Assembly: GCA_964021785.1 (NCBI GenBank)
Contig: CAXIAX010000002.1
Coordinates: forward strand, 4,801-68,800
Direction: 5' to 3'
Length of the DNA: 64,000 bases
Source: an uncultured Flavobacteriales bacterium
GTDB lineage: Bacteria; Bacteroidota; Bacteroidia; Flavobacteriales_D; CAJJDF01
Shown here piece by piece: positions 15,726-25,254 of this stretch. A program made the position numbers and the translations under genes. Under the pieces are notes generated by a model. That model was not told the origin of the DNA. It did not search any database and was given only the letters and a program-made list of their open reading frames with translations. Position 1 is the stretch's first letter. Every line of letters begins with the position of its first letter.

Positions 15726-16901
15726 ATGAAACAATCCAAACTAATACTGCCCATCATTGTAATTGCACAGTTCTGTTGCACTTCTTTGTGGTTTGCGGGC
15801 AATGGAGTAATGAGCGAACTCATTCTCAATTTTCAGCTTCATCCCACTGATGGCGTTCACCTCACTTCTTCGGTTCAGTTTGGGTTTATCTTAGGTACTC
15901 TAATCTTTGCGCTCTTAACTATTGCCGATAAATTTTCTCCTTCCAAAGTGTTTTTGGTCTGTGCTTTGCTAGGTGCAGGTTTCAATGCAGGTATAATTTG
16001 GGAAGGCAACAATTTGTATAGTATACTTTTGCTCCGTTTTACTACCGGTTTTTTTCTTGCAGGAATCTACCCCGTAGGAATGAAAATAGCCGCAGATTAT
16101 TACGAAAAAGGACTAGGAAAAACCCTAGGCTTTTTGGTGGGTGCTTTGGTTATTGGTACTGCATTTCCTCATTTGGCAAAAGACCTTACTCATTCCTTTC
16201 CTTGGAAATATGTGCTTATCCTCACTTCTACTCTTGCCGTATTGGGTGGTATCCTCATGAGTACCGTTCCTGATGGTCCTTTTCGTAAACCAGGAAAAAA
16301 ATTGAATATCTCTGCTTGTTTTGGTGTGTTTAAGAACCGAAATTTTAGTGCGGCTGCCCTTGGTTATTTTGGTCACATGTGGGAGTTGTATGCTTTTTGG
16401 GCATTTGTTCCTTTCATTCTTAGCACTTACCAAGCGCTTCACCCTACTGCTGTATTTAGTATTCCTCTTTGGTCGTTTTCTGTTATTGCCATTGGAGGAA
16501 TTGCCAGTGTACTCTCAGGATTCCTTGCCACAAGATTGGGAACAAAAAAAATTGCCTTTACTTCCTTATTCCTTTCGGGAGTGTGTTGCTTAGTTTCTCC
16601 TTTGCTATTCTTGGTGGGTTCGCCCTCTGTGTTTCTTGCATTTTTGTTGTTTTGGGGAATGGTAGTAGTAGCAGATTCTCCTCTATTCTCTACGTTAGTA
16701 GCACAAAACACTACTCCAGAAATGACCGGAACTGCACTAACCTTAGTAAATTGTATTGGATTTGCGGTAACAATTGTGAGCATACAAATCCTCAATCTAT
16801 TGCTTACTTCCATAGATTCTACTTACATTTATACTCTATTAGCAATTGGGCCAATAATTGGATTAATCGCTTTGTCTCGCAATAAGAAACAACTCGGCTA
16901 A
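15726..16901 (+). CDS. MFS transporter
   Basis: 391 aa with about 12 predicted TM helices and a typical MFS loop (GIYPVGMKIAADYY). Confidence 0.8.
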   Translation: MKQSKLILPIIVIAQFCCTSLWFAGNGVMSELILNFQLHPTDGVHLTSSVQFGFILGTLIFALLTIADKFSPSKVFLVCALLGAGFNAGIIWEGNNLYSILLLRFTTGFFLAGIYPVGMKIAADYYEKGLGKTLGFLVGALVIGTAFPHLAKDLTHSFPWKYVLILTSTLAVLGGILMSTVPDGPFRKPGKKLNISACFGVFKNRNFSAAALGYFGHMWELYAFWAFVPFILSTYQALHPTAVFSIPLWSFSVIAIGGIASVLSGFLATRLGTKKIAFTSLFLSGVCCLVSPLLFLVGSPSVFLAFLLFWGMVVVADSPLFSTLVAQNTTPEMTGTALTLVNCIGFAVTIVSIQILNLLLTSIDSTYIYTLLAIGPIIGLIALSRNKKQLG

Positions 16902-16951
16902 TAAATCCACAAATTGCAGTAGATTTTGAATCACAAAAAGACCGCTACGCA

Positions 16952-17512
16952 ATGAAGAATTATTTCTTTTCTATCTTATTTATCGTTTCTAGTTTTGTTG
17001 CTTTTTCGCAATCTAGCGAAAATGATTCTGTGGTTACCCCTACTGTTCTCACTTCAAAAAATATGTACTCTTACCAAAATAACGGTTGGGAATTGATGGA
17101 GTATGCCGAGAGAAAATTCCTACTCAATTTATCCAACAAAGAGTACGTTTTGTTATTCCGTATCACTTGCAAACAAGAAGGTAAAAAGCCTAATTTCTTA
17201 ATCGAATACTCGAACAATTACAGAGATGGAAACTACGGAAGAATAGATTTTACGAATTCAAGAGATGAGCGATTCGAGAAAACAGTTATCCTTATAGATG
17301 AAGTGGAAACGGCTAATCCATTTGAAAAATCGGACGAAAAAGGGCTACAAGAATTTATCAATTTATTGAAAAAAGGAAAAACGCTTACGTTTCAGTTCTA
17401 CGACCTAGAGTACAATCCCGAAACAGGAAAAGAGGAATTAGAACTAAACCGAGCCCTTAATTTTAAGCTAGAAAATAGCGAACTATTGGATCATGCAGTA
17501 GACTGCGAATAA
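16952..17512 (+). CDS. Hypothetical secreted protein
   Basis: 186 aa with the signal peptide MKNYFFSILFIVSSFVAFSQ. I recognise no family. Confidence 0.55.
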   Translation: MKNYFFSILFIVSSFVAFSQSSENDSVVTPTVLTSKNMYSYQNNGWELMEYAERKFLLNLSNKEYVLLFRITCKQEGKKPNFLIEYSNNYRDGNYGRIDFTNSRDERFEKTVILIDEVETANPFEKSDEKGLQEFINLLKKGKTLTFQFYDLEYNPETGKEELELNRALNFKLENSELLDHAVDCE

Positions 17513-17550
17513 TCACAGCATGAGCCACACCACTAACCAATACTTAGTAT

Positions 17551-18309
17551 ATGTTTAGACACCAAGGCAAAAGCAGAACATTAAAACACAACCTTAGGAT
17601 TGCTACGATTTTATCTTTCGTGGCAGGAATTGTAAACATTACAGGATTCCTTGCTTTTAGTCAATTAACGACTAATGTAACCGGTCATTTTGCTTTATTT
17701 ATAAATGACATTACCCAGTTTCAGTTTTGGAAAGGATTCTTATTTTTCCTTTATATTTTCTCTTTTTTAATCGGTTCTTTTCTCTCTAGTTTTTTGATAG
17801 AAAAATACCGAGAAAGCAAAAAGATAAATGTATTTCTATTGCCCACCCTGCTCGAAGCTTTTATCTTATTTACGATAGGAGTTTTAAGCAATTTTATTCA
17901 ACCTTTCTCTGCCGATCTTGTTATTTGCTTGTTGCTGTTTGCAATGGGTGTACAAAACTCATTTGTAACAAAAATATCCAATGCAGTAGTAAGAACCACT
18001 CACCTCACAGGTTTGTTTACCGATTTGGGAATTGATGTATCTCAATTATTCTTCAAGAAATACAAGAGTCAAAAGAAATTGCTCAAGGCAAATATAAAAC
18101 TGAGGTTATACATCATTACTTTCTTTTTTGTGGGAGGATTAATAGGTGGTTTTTTCTTCTCCAAAATAGGATTGGGACTAAACACACTAAGCATTGGTGC
18201 TGTAATTCTTCTTGCGAGTTTATTTTATGATGATTTTAGATACAAAGTGATAAAAACCCGAAGGTCGTTCCATCAAAAAAGAAAAAAAGGGAATAAGGGA
18301 AAGCTTTGA
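17551..18309 (+). CDS. YoaK/DUF1275-family membrane protein
   Basis: 252 aa and multi-TM. The motifs TTNVTGH and VRTTHLTG are characteristic of DUF1275. Confidence 0.6.
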   Translation: MFRHQGKSRTLKHNLRIATILSFVAGIVNITGFLAFSQLTTNVTGHFALFINDITQFQFWKGFLFFLYIFSFLIGSFLSSFLIEKYRESKKINVFLLPTLLEAFILFTIGVLSNFIQPFSADLVICLLLFAMGVQNSFVTKISNAVVRTTHLTGLFTDLGIDVSQLFFKKYKSQKKLLKANIKLRLYIITFFFVGGLIGGFFFSKIGLGLNTLSIGAVILLASLFYDDFRYKVIKTRRSFHQKRKKGNKGKL

Positions 18310-18394
18310 GATTTATCAAATCCTAAAAATTCTTAAATAGGAATAAGTCGTGTACTATTCTTTCAATTCTTGGGTTATCCTTATTCAAGTTTAT

Positions 18395-18402
18395 TACCTT
18401 TG
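18395..18402 (+). promoter_or_regulatory. Candidate -7 promoter box (TACCTTTG)
   Basis: Matches TAnnTTTG, 40 nt upstream of the ATG at 18442. Confidence 0.3.
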
Positions 18403-18441
18403 TATTGAGTTAGAAAATAACTGGATCCAATCCCATTACCT

Positions 18442-20076
18442 ATGATTCTAAATCCAAGTAAAAGAAGAAAAAAAGCATTTGGCCTTGCCTTTAAAATTAT
18501 TGGTAGCTATTTGAAATTAAGAATTTTAAAGAAATTAATCTCTTCTGACTCTTATCAGAAAAAACTAATTGTTCTTCACAACAAAAACGCAATTAGAATT
18601 AAAGAAACCATTTTAGAATTGAATGGTTTATTCATCAAAGTAGGACAATTATTATCTATACTATCGGGTGTAATTCCCAAGGAATTTGGCGAAGCCTTAG
18701 AATCCCTTCAAGACAAAACTCCTCATTCCCCGTTTGCTATTACTAAAAAAAGTATAGAAAACGAACTAAATGATTCGCTAGAGAATCTATTTGCCGAATT
18801 TGCCGAAACTCCTATTGCCTCTGCCTCTATAGGGCAAGTGCACAAAGCAAAACTAAAAACGGGAGAACTAGTGGCTGTAAAAATTCAGCATCCCTACATT
18901 AAAGATTTGGCAAAAGTAGATTTGGATATCATTGAAAGGCTTCACAAAAAAATCAGCTTTTTCTTCAAGGTAAATGGATTAGACCACGCATTTAATCAGG
19001 TGAAACTGATGATTTACGAAGAGCTTGATTACACCAAAGAAGCAAGTAGAATGCAAGAAATAAAGGAGAACTGTAAAGAAATTAAGGGAGTTTTGATTCC
19101 TACGATTCACAGTGCATATAGCTCTCCGCTTATCTTAACGGCTACTTTTTATGAAGGAGTAAAAATTACCGATACCGTACAAATGGCAGAATGGGGAATA
19201 AACTCCAATGAGATTGCAGAGAGATTGGTATTTACATATTGCGAAATGCTCATGAACCATGGGGTGTATCATGCAGATCCTCACCCTGGGAATTTGATGA
19301 TAAACAAAGAAGGAAATCTTATTATTCTTGATTTTGGTGCTGTGGGCGAATTAAAAGAAGAAATGCGAGCAAATATCCCTCCATTTATTCAAGCGATATT
19401 GGCCAAGGACAATGACAAAATTATGGAATGCCTGCAAAAAATGGAATTCATAAGTAAGGAAAAAACAAACGACAAAGCCACCAAACAGATTGTAGAAGCA
19501 CTTACCGAGTTCTTGCAAGATGGTATAAATATGGAAAGCTTCAATTTTGAAAACATCAAAGAATCGAGCTTATTCAAATTGCAAAAAAAACTGAGTTTAA
19601 AAGAGCTTACCACAAGTCTTGATGTTCCTAAAGATTGGATATTACTGGAAAGAACGCTTCTTTTATTGTATGGAATATGTACTACCATAGCTCCAGAATA
19701 CAAAGCTATGAGTACGGTAAAACCCTACCTCAAAAAACTAGTATTGAAAGATGGAGGATTACAAAAAATAATTGTAGATACCCTAAAAACCCAAGCTACT
19801 ACCCTATTTGCTTTACCAAAAAAAATAGATGCTTATTTATCTAAAGCCAACCAAGGCGAATTGGAATTTGAAATTTCAAACTTGGATAGTAACACCAATA
19901 AACTCTATGCTGTGGGTCAGCAATTGTTATTTGGACTACTGGCAGGAATATTCCTAATTGGTGCAATGGTGAGCAGCACTTATCAAGCTACAGGCTACCA
20001 AACTCTGTTTCATGTATTGGCAACTGTATGTGGCGTATTTTTGATAGTGAGTGTTATAAAAAATCGTAAAAAATAA
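18442..20076 (+). CDS. ABC1/UbiB-family atypical protein kinase (AarF domain)
   Basis: 544 aa with ASASIGQVHKA, VAVKIQHP and HADPHPGNL motifs and C-terminal TM helices. Confidence 0.85.
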   Translation: MILNPSKRRKKAFGLAFKIIGSYLKLRILKKLISSDSYQKKLIVLHNKNAIRIKETILELNGLFIKVGQLLSILSGVIPKEFGEALESLQDKTPHSPFAITKKSIENELNDSLENLFAEFAETPIASASIGQVHKAKLKTGELVAVKIQHPYIKDLAKVDLDIIERLHKKISFFFKVNGLDHAFNQVKLMIYEELDYTKEASRMQEIKENCKEIKGVLIPTIHSAYSSPLILTATFYEGVKITDTVQMAEWGINSNEIAERLVFTYCEMLMNHGVYHADPHPGNLMINKEGNLIILDFGAVGELKEEMRANIPPFIQAILAKDNDKIMECLQKMEFISKEKTNDKATKQIVEALTEFLQDGINMESFNFENIKESSLFKLQKKLSLKELTTSLDVPKDWILLERTLLLLYGICTTIAPEYKAMSTVKPYLKKLVLKDGGLQKIIVDTLKTQATTLFALPKKIDAYLSKANQGELEFEISNLDSNTNKLYAVGQQLLFGLLAGIFLIGAMVSSTYQATGYQTLFHVLATVCGVFLIVSVIKNRKK

Positions 20077-20083
20077 TTTTAGT

Positions 20084-20743
20084 ATGAATAATCAATTAAT
20101 TAACAACTTAGAAAACATAAAATCTCCTTTGCCTTCTTCGGTAACTTTGGTAGCAGTTTCCAAAACAAAACCTATGGCAGATATTGAAGTTTTGTACCAA
20201 GCAGGACAAAGAAAATTTGGAGAAAACCGAGTAGAAGAATTAGTTGAAAAACACGAGACACTTGCCAAAGATATTGAGTGGCACATGATAGGACATTTAC
20301 AAAGCAAAAAAGTAAAGAAAATTGCTCCTTTTGTAGGTTTAATTCACGGAGTAGATAGTTTGAAACTTTTGCAAGAAATAAATAAACAAGCTCTAAGAAA
20401 CGAAAGAGTAATAGACTGTTTACTACAGTTTCATATTGCAAAGGAAGAAACTAAATTTGGATTAACTCTTGCCCTATTTCATGAGTTTATTGCAAATAAT
20501 GATTTTGCAGAATTGAAAAACATAAACATTAAAGGGGTAATGGGAATGGCTACTTTTACAGAGGATGAATCTGTGGTAAGAGCCGAGTTTCAAACTTTAA
20601 AAAACATGAGTAAAGAAGTGCAAAACCACTTCAAAAATGCAACAGTAATTTCTATGGGAATGAGTGGAGATTACAAGATTGCAATAGAGGAAGGAAGTAC
20701 CATGATTCGTGTAGGAAGCAGTATTTTTGGGAGTCGTAACTGA
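20084..20743 (+). CDS. yggS: YggS-family pyridoxal-phosphate homeostasis protein
   Basis: 219 aa with LVAVSKTK (PLP lysine), WHMIGHLQSKK and a MGMSGDY...GSTMIRVGSSIFG tail. Confidence 0.85.
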   Translation: MNNQLINNLENIKSPLPSSVTLVAVSKTKPMADIEVLYQAGQRKFGENRVEELVEKHETLAKDIEWHMIGHLQSKKVKKIAPFVGLIHGVDSLKLLQEINKQALRNERVIDCLLQFHIAKEETKFGLTLALFHEFIANNDFAELKNINIKGVMGMATFTEDESVVRAEFQTLKNMSKEVQNHFKNATVISMGMSGDYKIAIEEGSTMIRVGSSIFGSRN

Positions 20744-20818
20744 TAAAAATCATAAGTTATCCACAGTCTTTACCTATTAAAAAATGGTTAATAAAAGATT
20801 ACTCTGAAAAAAAAGAAG

Positions 20819-20826
20819 TAAGTTTG
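20819..20826 (+). promoter_or_regulatory. Candidate -7 promoter box (TAAGTTTG) for the desaturase gene
   Basis: Matches TAnnTTTG, 24 nt upstream of the ATG at 20850. Confidence 0.35.
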
Positions 20827-20849
20827 TAATTAACAACAAAAGTTAATAT

Positions 20850-21953
20850 ATGAGTTCAAAAAACAAACCTCTTCAACATTTAAGGTTTTCCCACACAATA
20901 GGAAAAGACTTTTCGTCAACCTTAAACAAGAGAGTAAGAGCGTATTTCAAAGAGAATAACATTACAAAATACGCAAATTCTACTATGGTTATAAAAACCA
21001 TTTTTATGATTTTATTATACATCATTCCTTTCGCGATAATGATGTTTGGTGTGGTTACTAATTTCTGGTTAATCTTCTTGATGTTTGTAATTATGGGTGT
21101 AGGAATGGCTGGAATTGGTCTTTCTATTATGCATGATGCAAATCACGGAGCATATTCTAAAAACGACAAAGTAAACAAATGGATAGGTAGAGTAATAAAC
21201 CTTGTAGGAGGTTATGCTTTAAACTGGAAAATACAACATAACGTATTGCACCATACTTATACCAATGTGCACGAATATGATGAAGACATCAGTACAATCG
21301 GTTTATTAAGATTTTCTCCAGATGATGAAAGAAAACCAATTCACAAGTACCAATATTTATATGCTTGGTTCTTTTACGGTTTGATGACTGTAATGTGGAT
21401 GACAACAAAAGATTTTCAACAACTTAAGCGTTATAAAGACAAAGATTTATTAAAGACTTTTAACACAACTTACAGAAAGAACATCCTTGTTCTTATTGCA
21501 AGTAAATTAGTTTATTATGCAGCAATTATCGTATTGCCAATCATAATACTACCAGTTGCTTGGTACTGGGTACTTATCTTTGTGTTTGTAATGCATTACA
21601 TTGCTGGATTTATTTTGGCTATCGTATTCCAACCTGCACACGTAATACCTGATACTGAATTTGTGAAAGCTACAGATGATTTAACTATCGAAAACAATTT
21701 CGCAATTCACCAAATGGAAACTACATGTAATTTTGCACCAGATGCAAAAATATTAAGCTGGTTTGTAGGAGGATTAAATTTCCAAGTAGAGCACCATTTA
21801 TTTCCAAATATTTGTCACGTTCACTACAAGAAATTATCTAAGATTGTAAAGGAAACTGCAGAAGAGTTTAACGTGCCTTACAACAGTCACAAAACGTTTT
21901 TACAAGCAATTATGTACCATACAAAAATGCTTAAAGACTTAGGAAGAGCTTAA
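20850..21953 (+). CDS. Membrane fatty-acid desaturase (three His boxes)
   Basis: 367 aa with His boxes HDANH, HNVLHH and QVEHH, and four TM segments. Confidence 0.85.
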   Translation: MSSKNKPLQHLRFSHTIGKDFSSTLNKRVRAYFKENNITKYANSTMVIKTIFMILLYIIPFAIMMFGVVTNFWLIFLMFVIMGVGMAGIGLSIMHDANHGAYSKNDKVNKWIGRVINLVGGYALNWKIQHNVLHHTYTNVHEYDEDISTIGLLRFSPDDERKPIHKYQYLYAWFFYGLMTVMWMTTKDFQQLKRYKDKDLLKTFNTTYRKNILVLIASKLVYYAAIIVLPIIILPVAWYWVLIFVFVMHYIAGFILAIVFQPAHVIPDTEFVKATDDLTIENNFAIHQMETTCNFAPDAKILSWFVGGLNFQVEHHLFPNICHVHYKKLSKIVKETAEEFNVPYNSHKTFLQAIMYHTKMLKDLGRA

Positions 21954-21983
21954 TTTTATATTTAGCCCCAACCCAATTCTAAA

Positions 21984-22016
21984 AGGACTTGTTTTTACAA
22001 CAAGTCCTTTTTTTTT
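21984..22016 (+). terminator. Rho-independent terminator after the desaturase gene
   Basis: aggacttgtt/aacaagtcct forms a 10-bp stem with a 5-nt loop, followed by T9. Confidence 0.8.
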
Positions 22017-22255
22017 GTGCCTTATATAAAACAAGCCCAAGGTTGTTACATTTCATTCATTGCTACACTAATAATAGGTAAATACAAAAGAAGCTTTAAA
22101 ACGTCTAAAATCGATATCTTAAATAGATTGAAGCCTTCATTATTGGATGACCAATTACCTTTTTCTACTCTACCCTACCTTTTTGGAATATCGCTATGGC
22201 TATTCCAATTACTGACAAAGCGATAAGTTCATATGGAAAGTTGAACTTAGTTAGC

Positions 22256-22296
22256 TATAAAAGAAAACCCTCAAAGAGAAATTCTCTTGGAGGGTT
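22256..22296 (-). terminator. Rho-independent terminator after the OmpA-family gene
   Basis: aaccctcaaagag/ctcttggagggtt forms a 12-bp stem with 1 mismatch, followed on the minus strand by a T-rich tail. Confidence 0.6.
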
Positions 22297-22351
22297 CAAT
22301 ATAACTAGGCTTGTTGTGAATTAGTGTTAAAACTAATTCTCTGTATTAAAT

Positions 22352-24223
22352 TTAGTAAGCTATTGTAAACTCAATTCTTCTGTTCAATCTGTGGTCAATG
22401 TCTTTACATACAATTCCGTTCCCACATTTATTCACAAGGTTTGTTTCTCCAAAACCTTGGTATTTTATTTTGTCTTCAGGAATTCCGTTTTCTATTAAGT
22501 ATTCTCTGGTTGCCAAAGCTCTTTTTACCGATAATTTATCATTGTAAGTTGTAGATCCTCTAGAATCTGTATAGGCATTAAGAATAACGTATTTGGCATT
22601 ACTCGAATTCATATAGCCGATTAGTTTATCCAGCTTATTTTGAGAGTACTCATAAATCGTGTAAGAATCAAAAGCAAAGTAGATATTTTCAAAACTTTCT
22701 TTTCTATCAAATTTAATTACTTCTTTTTTAGGTTCGTCAATTACAACAGGATCAGTTTTTGCTTTTACAGTTTCAATAATCCCTTCATCTTTTATTAAAT
22801 TGTCTTTTTTAGGCACAACCACAGGTATTTCTGTAATATCCTTGATGTTCGTTTTTTGATCATCAACCACTGCAACTAATTCAGTTTCTTTTTTCTCTTC
22901 AATTTTCGGATCCAATTCTGTTACCTTTTTCTCGTCAATTACTGGATCTACCTTTGCAATTACTTTTTCAGTACTATCTAATTTATCAACCAATACATCA
23001 ATATTATCTACTAATAAGGTGTCGTTAAAGATTGCATCATTTTCTAGGTCAAATGTTTCTGAAACAAAACCACTGTAATAATTCACAGGAAAAGCAAACA
23101 ACCTAGTGTATTCGTCATTATTAAAAGCAATTTGGTATTGCTTTCCTCTTTCCAATTTATAATAATTAAACTCAGTCTTATCTATCTCCTTGCTAGAAAT
23201 TTCATTTCCTTCATCATCCATCAAAGTAGTTGTTCCTGTTGTTAGGTACTCGCCATTGTTGGTGAATTTTACTAATAAATCGAAATTCTTATCGTAATCT
23301 ACATTAGTGATAGTAAAACTATAAATGTCATCATTACCAGAAAATTTATTGTTTCTGTTAGAAGTAAAAAATCCTTCAAATTCTGACTCGTTATTATTAA
23401 AACAAATTGCATAATCATCATTAGGTGTATTCGCTCCTACCAACTCCGTAGGAAAATGCGTCATAATTTCTGATTCTTTCACAAAAAACAAATCTAAATC
23501 TGTACCTACTTGGTTTCTTTGACCATCCGAAGCAAAAAATAAAATTCCATTTTTTACATAAGGAAATAGTTCTGATTTTAATGAGTTTATTCTTTTACCT
23601 AGGTTAACTGGTTCTGCCCATCCGTCCCCTTTTTTCTCACAATAAAACAAATCACTCTCCCCTATTGTTCCTGGCATTGTAGAAACAAAATACAACCTTT
23701 TTGTAGCATTAGAATAAGTAGCATGCCCCACGTTATAGATTGGATTATTGTATGAAAATTCTTTTAAGTTAGATATTATCCCATCCTTAAAGTCTCCTTC
23801 TAGCAATCTTAATCTATTCTTATTAAGTGTGTTTAATTTCTTTTCACGCTTCATTCCTTTTTTATCTAAAGAACTAATCGTAATGTAAATCCTATTATTT
23901 ATTTCATCTACATAGCAAGGGCCTTCGTGATAATTAGTAATGATGGTTAATTGCTCAGTTAAACTTACTTTGTTGTTATCTCCTTTTTTAGATTCAAGGC
24001 TTGCACTATCCAACATAAACAAGTCATAATACTGACTGTAACTCTTAATTGCTTTTTTATTCTGAAAATAAAGTAATTGCCCATCTACATAATCAGCAGA
24101 AATTTCTGATAAGGAAGTATTAAAATCTAACTTATTCGCAACAACCTTTATTCTACTCATATCTTGAGAGTAGGAAAGTGAAAAAAATAAAAATGCAAAT
24201 ATGAAAAGTAGTGGCTTACTCAT
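22352..24223 (-). CDS. OmpA-family protein with a TolB-like beta-propeller region and a C-terminal OmpA peptidoglycan-binding domain
   Basis: 623 aa with a signal peptide. The C-terminus reads NIYFAFDSYTI...AYTDSRGSTTYNDKLSVKRA...NRRIEFTI. It lies immediately downstream of a PorP/SprF gene. Confidence 0.8.
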   Translation of the reverse strand: MSKPLLFIFAFLFFSLSYSQDMSRIKVVANKLDFNTSLSEISADYVDGQLLYFQNKKAIKSYSQYYDLFMLDSASLESKKGDNNKVSLTEQLTIITNYHEGPCYVDEINNRIYITISSLDKKGMKREKKLNTLNKNRLRLLEGDFKDGIISNLKEFSYNNPIYNVGHATYSNATKRLYFVSTMPGTIGESDLFYCEKKGDGWAEPVNLGKRINSLKSELFPYVKNGILFFASDGQRNQVGTDLDLFFVKESEIMTHFPTELVGANTPNDDYAICFNNNESEFEGFFTSNRNNKFSGNDDIYSFTITNVDYDKNFDLLVKFTNNGEYLTTGTTTLMDDEGNEISSKEIDKTEFNYYKLERGKQYQIAFNNDEYTRLFAFPVNYYSGFVSETFDLENDAIFNDTLLVDNIDVLVDKLDSTEKVIAKVDPVIDEKKVTELDPKIEEKKETELVAVVDDQKTNIKDITEIPVVVPKKDNLIKDEGIIETVKAKTDPVVIDEPKKEVIKFDRKESFENIYFAFDSYTIYEYSQNKLDKLIGYMNSSNAKYVILNAYTDSRGSTTYNDKLSVKRALATREYLIENGIPEDKIKYQGFGETNLVNKCGNGIVCKDIDHRLNRRIEFTIAY

Positions 24224-24224
24224 T

Positions 24225-25250
24225 TTATTCGAAATGTTTAGGTGAAATAACAGCTATAGGTCTGAATGGTCCAATGTATGACAAAGCAAACTCTGGTCCT
24301 CCTCTAAATAAACTTGCTTGAGATAATTTTGATAGAGTTAAGTCATAACTTACTCCTACCGTTATTTTTTTATGTACAGTTACTTTCACAACTGGAATAA
24401 TAGCATCTCCAATTCTATAGTAAGCACCTGCATACACATTAATGTTATTGTAATATCCTGTATATTTAGATACCATACCTAAATCTTTTCTAAACAATCC
24501 TCCAACAACAATCTCTCTTGCTCTTTTCTGCATTGCTGCGAAAACCAAAAATTTATATCCTAAATTTCTATTGTTTGGAAAATTAAATTCTTTAGAGGCG
24601 TTCAAAGATACTTTAACAGGAATTACACCATCCACTCCTACTACATTTAGTTTAGGTCTTGCCAAGTGAAAAGCAGATAAACCAATCTCTAGAGGATATA
24701 AATCGTCATCAAAAACTCTGTATAATAATCCGGCAGATAAATCAAATGCTTTTTCTGCATACCCAACAAAACTTTCTCCTGAAGCTGCTCTCTGGTCAAA
24801 ATCTACACCATTGTATTGGCTTCCCCAGTTTAATCCTACATAATTTGCAGACATATCTAGATAAGAAAGTCCTATTCCTAATGTTAAATCAGAATTATCG
24901 GACAAATAAACTGTTTGAGATAAATCTAAATCTACACGAGTTGTCTTTGTTTTAGATGAACCTGCTTGATCTTGAAAAGCAGAAAATCCTAAACCAGTAG
25001 ATTTAAGACCCATGTAATTTTTAAAAATTATAAAATCGGCAGAAGCGGCATATGTTTCATAAACATTTCCAATAGTTGCCCATTGGTTTTTATAATTTAA
25101 GCTAAATCTATAATTCCCTTCGTACATTCCTGCGTAAGCGGGACTTAATAACAAAGGGTTTTCAGTGAACTGAGAAAAATGAATGTCTTGAGACCTAACA
25201 TTTCCTAATCCTAGAATTAAAAATAAAATAAATAAGTACTTTTTTACCAT
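24225..25250 (-). CDS. PorP/SprF-family type IX secretion membrane protein
   Basis: 341 aa. After the signal peptide comes QDIHFSQFTENPLLLSPAYAGM, the hallmark PorP/SprF N-terminal motif. Confidence 0.8.
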   Translation of the reverse strand: MVKKYLFILFLILGLGNVRSQDIHFSQFTENPLLLSPAYAGMYEGNYRFSLNYKNQWATIGNVYETYAASADFIIFKNYMGLKSTGLGFSAFQDQAGSSKTKTTRVDLDLSQTVYLSDNSDLTLGIGLSYLDMSANYVGLNWGSQYNGVDFDQRAASGESFVGYAEKAFDLSAGLLYRVFDDDLYPLEIGLSAFHLARPKLNVVGVDGVIPVKVSLNASKEFNFPNNRNLGYKFLVFAAMQKRAREIVVGGLFRKDLGMVSKYTGYYNNINVYAGAYYRIGDAIIPVVKVTVHKKITVGVSYDLTLSKLSQASLFRGGPEFALSYIGPFRPIAVISPKHFE

Positions 25251-25254
25251 AATA

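Noticed and set aside
16125-16885. A cluster of four long alternative-frame/antisense ORFs (105, 90, 124 and 138 aa) inside the MFS gene. I also considered whether the MFS gene is compositionally foreign.
   Set aside because: All four overlap a 391-aa ORF with clear MFS topology. Hand counts of G+C in sample 60-nt lines (~40-43%) are similar to core membrane genes such as nqrB (~42%), so there is no evidence of atypical composition. The extra ORFs reflect stop-codon-poor membrane-protein coding sequence.
22017-22226. 69-aa ORF in the 335-bp convergent intergenic region after the desaturase terminator. A 7-bp stem tatcgct/agcgata lies near 22189-22226.
   Set aside because: The ORF starts inside the terminator T-run with GTG and has no recognisable features or promoter box. 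The small stem is weak. An sRNA is possible but I have no positive evidence.
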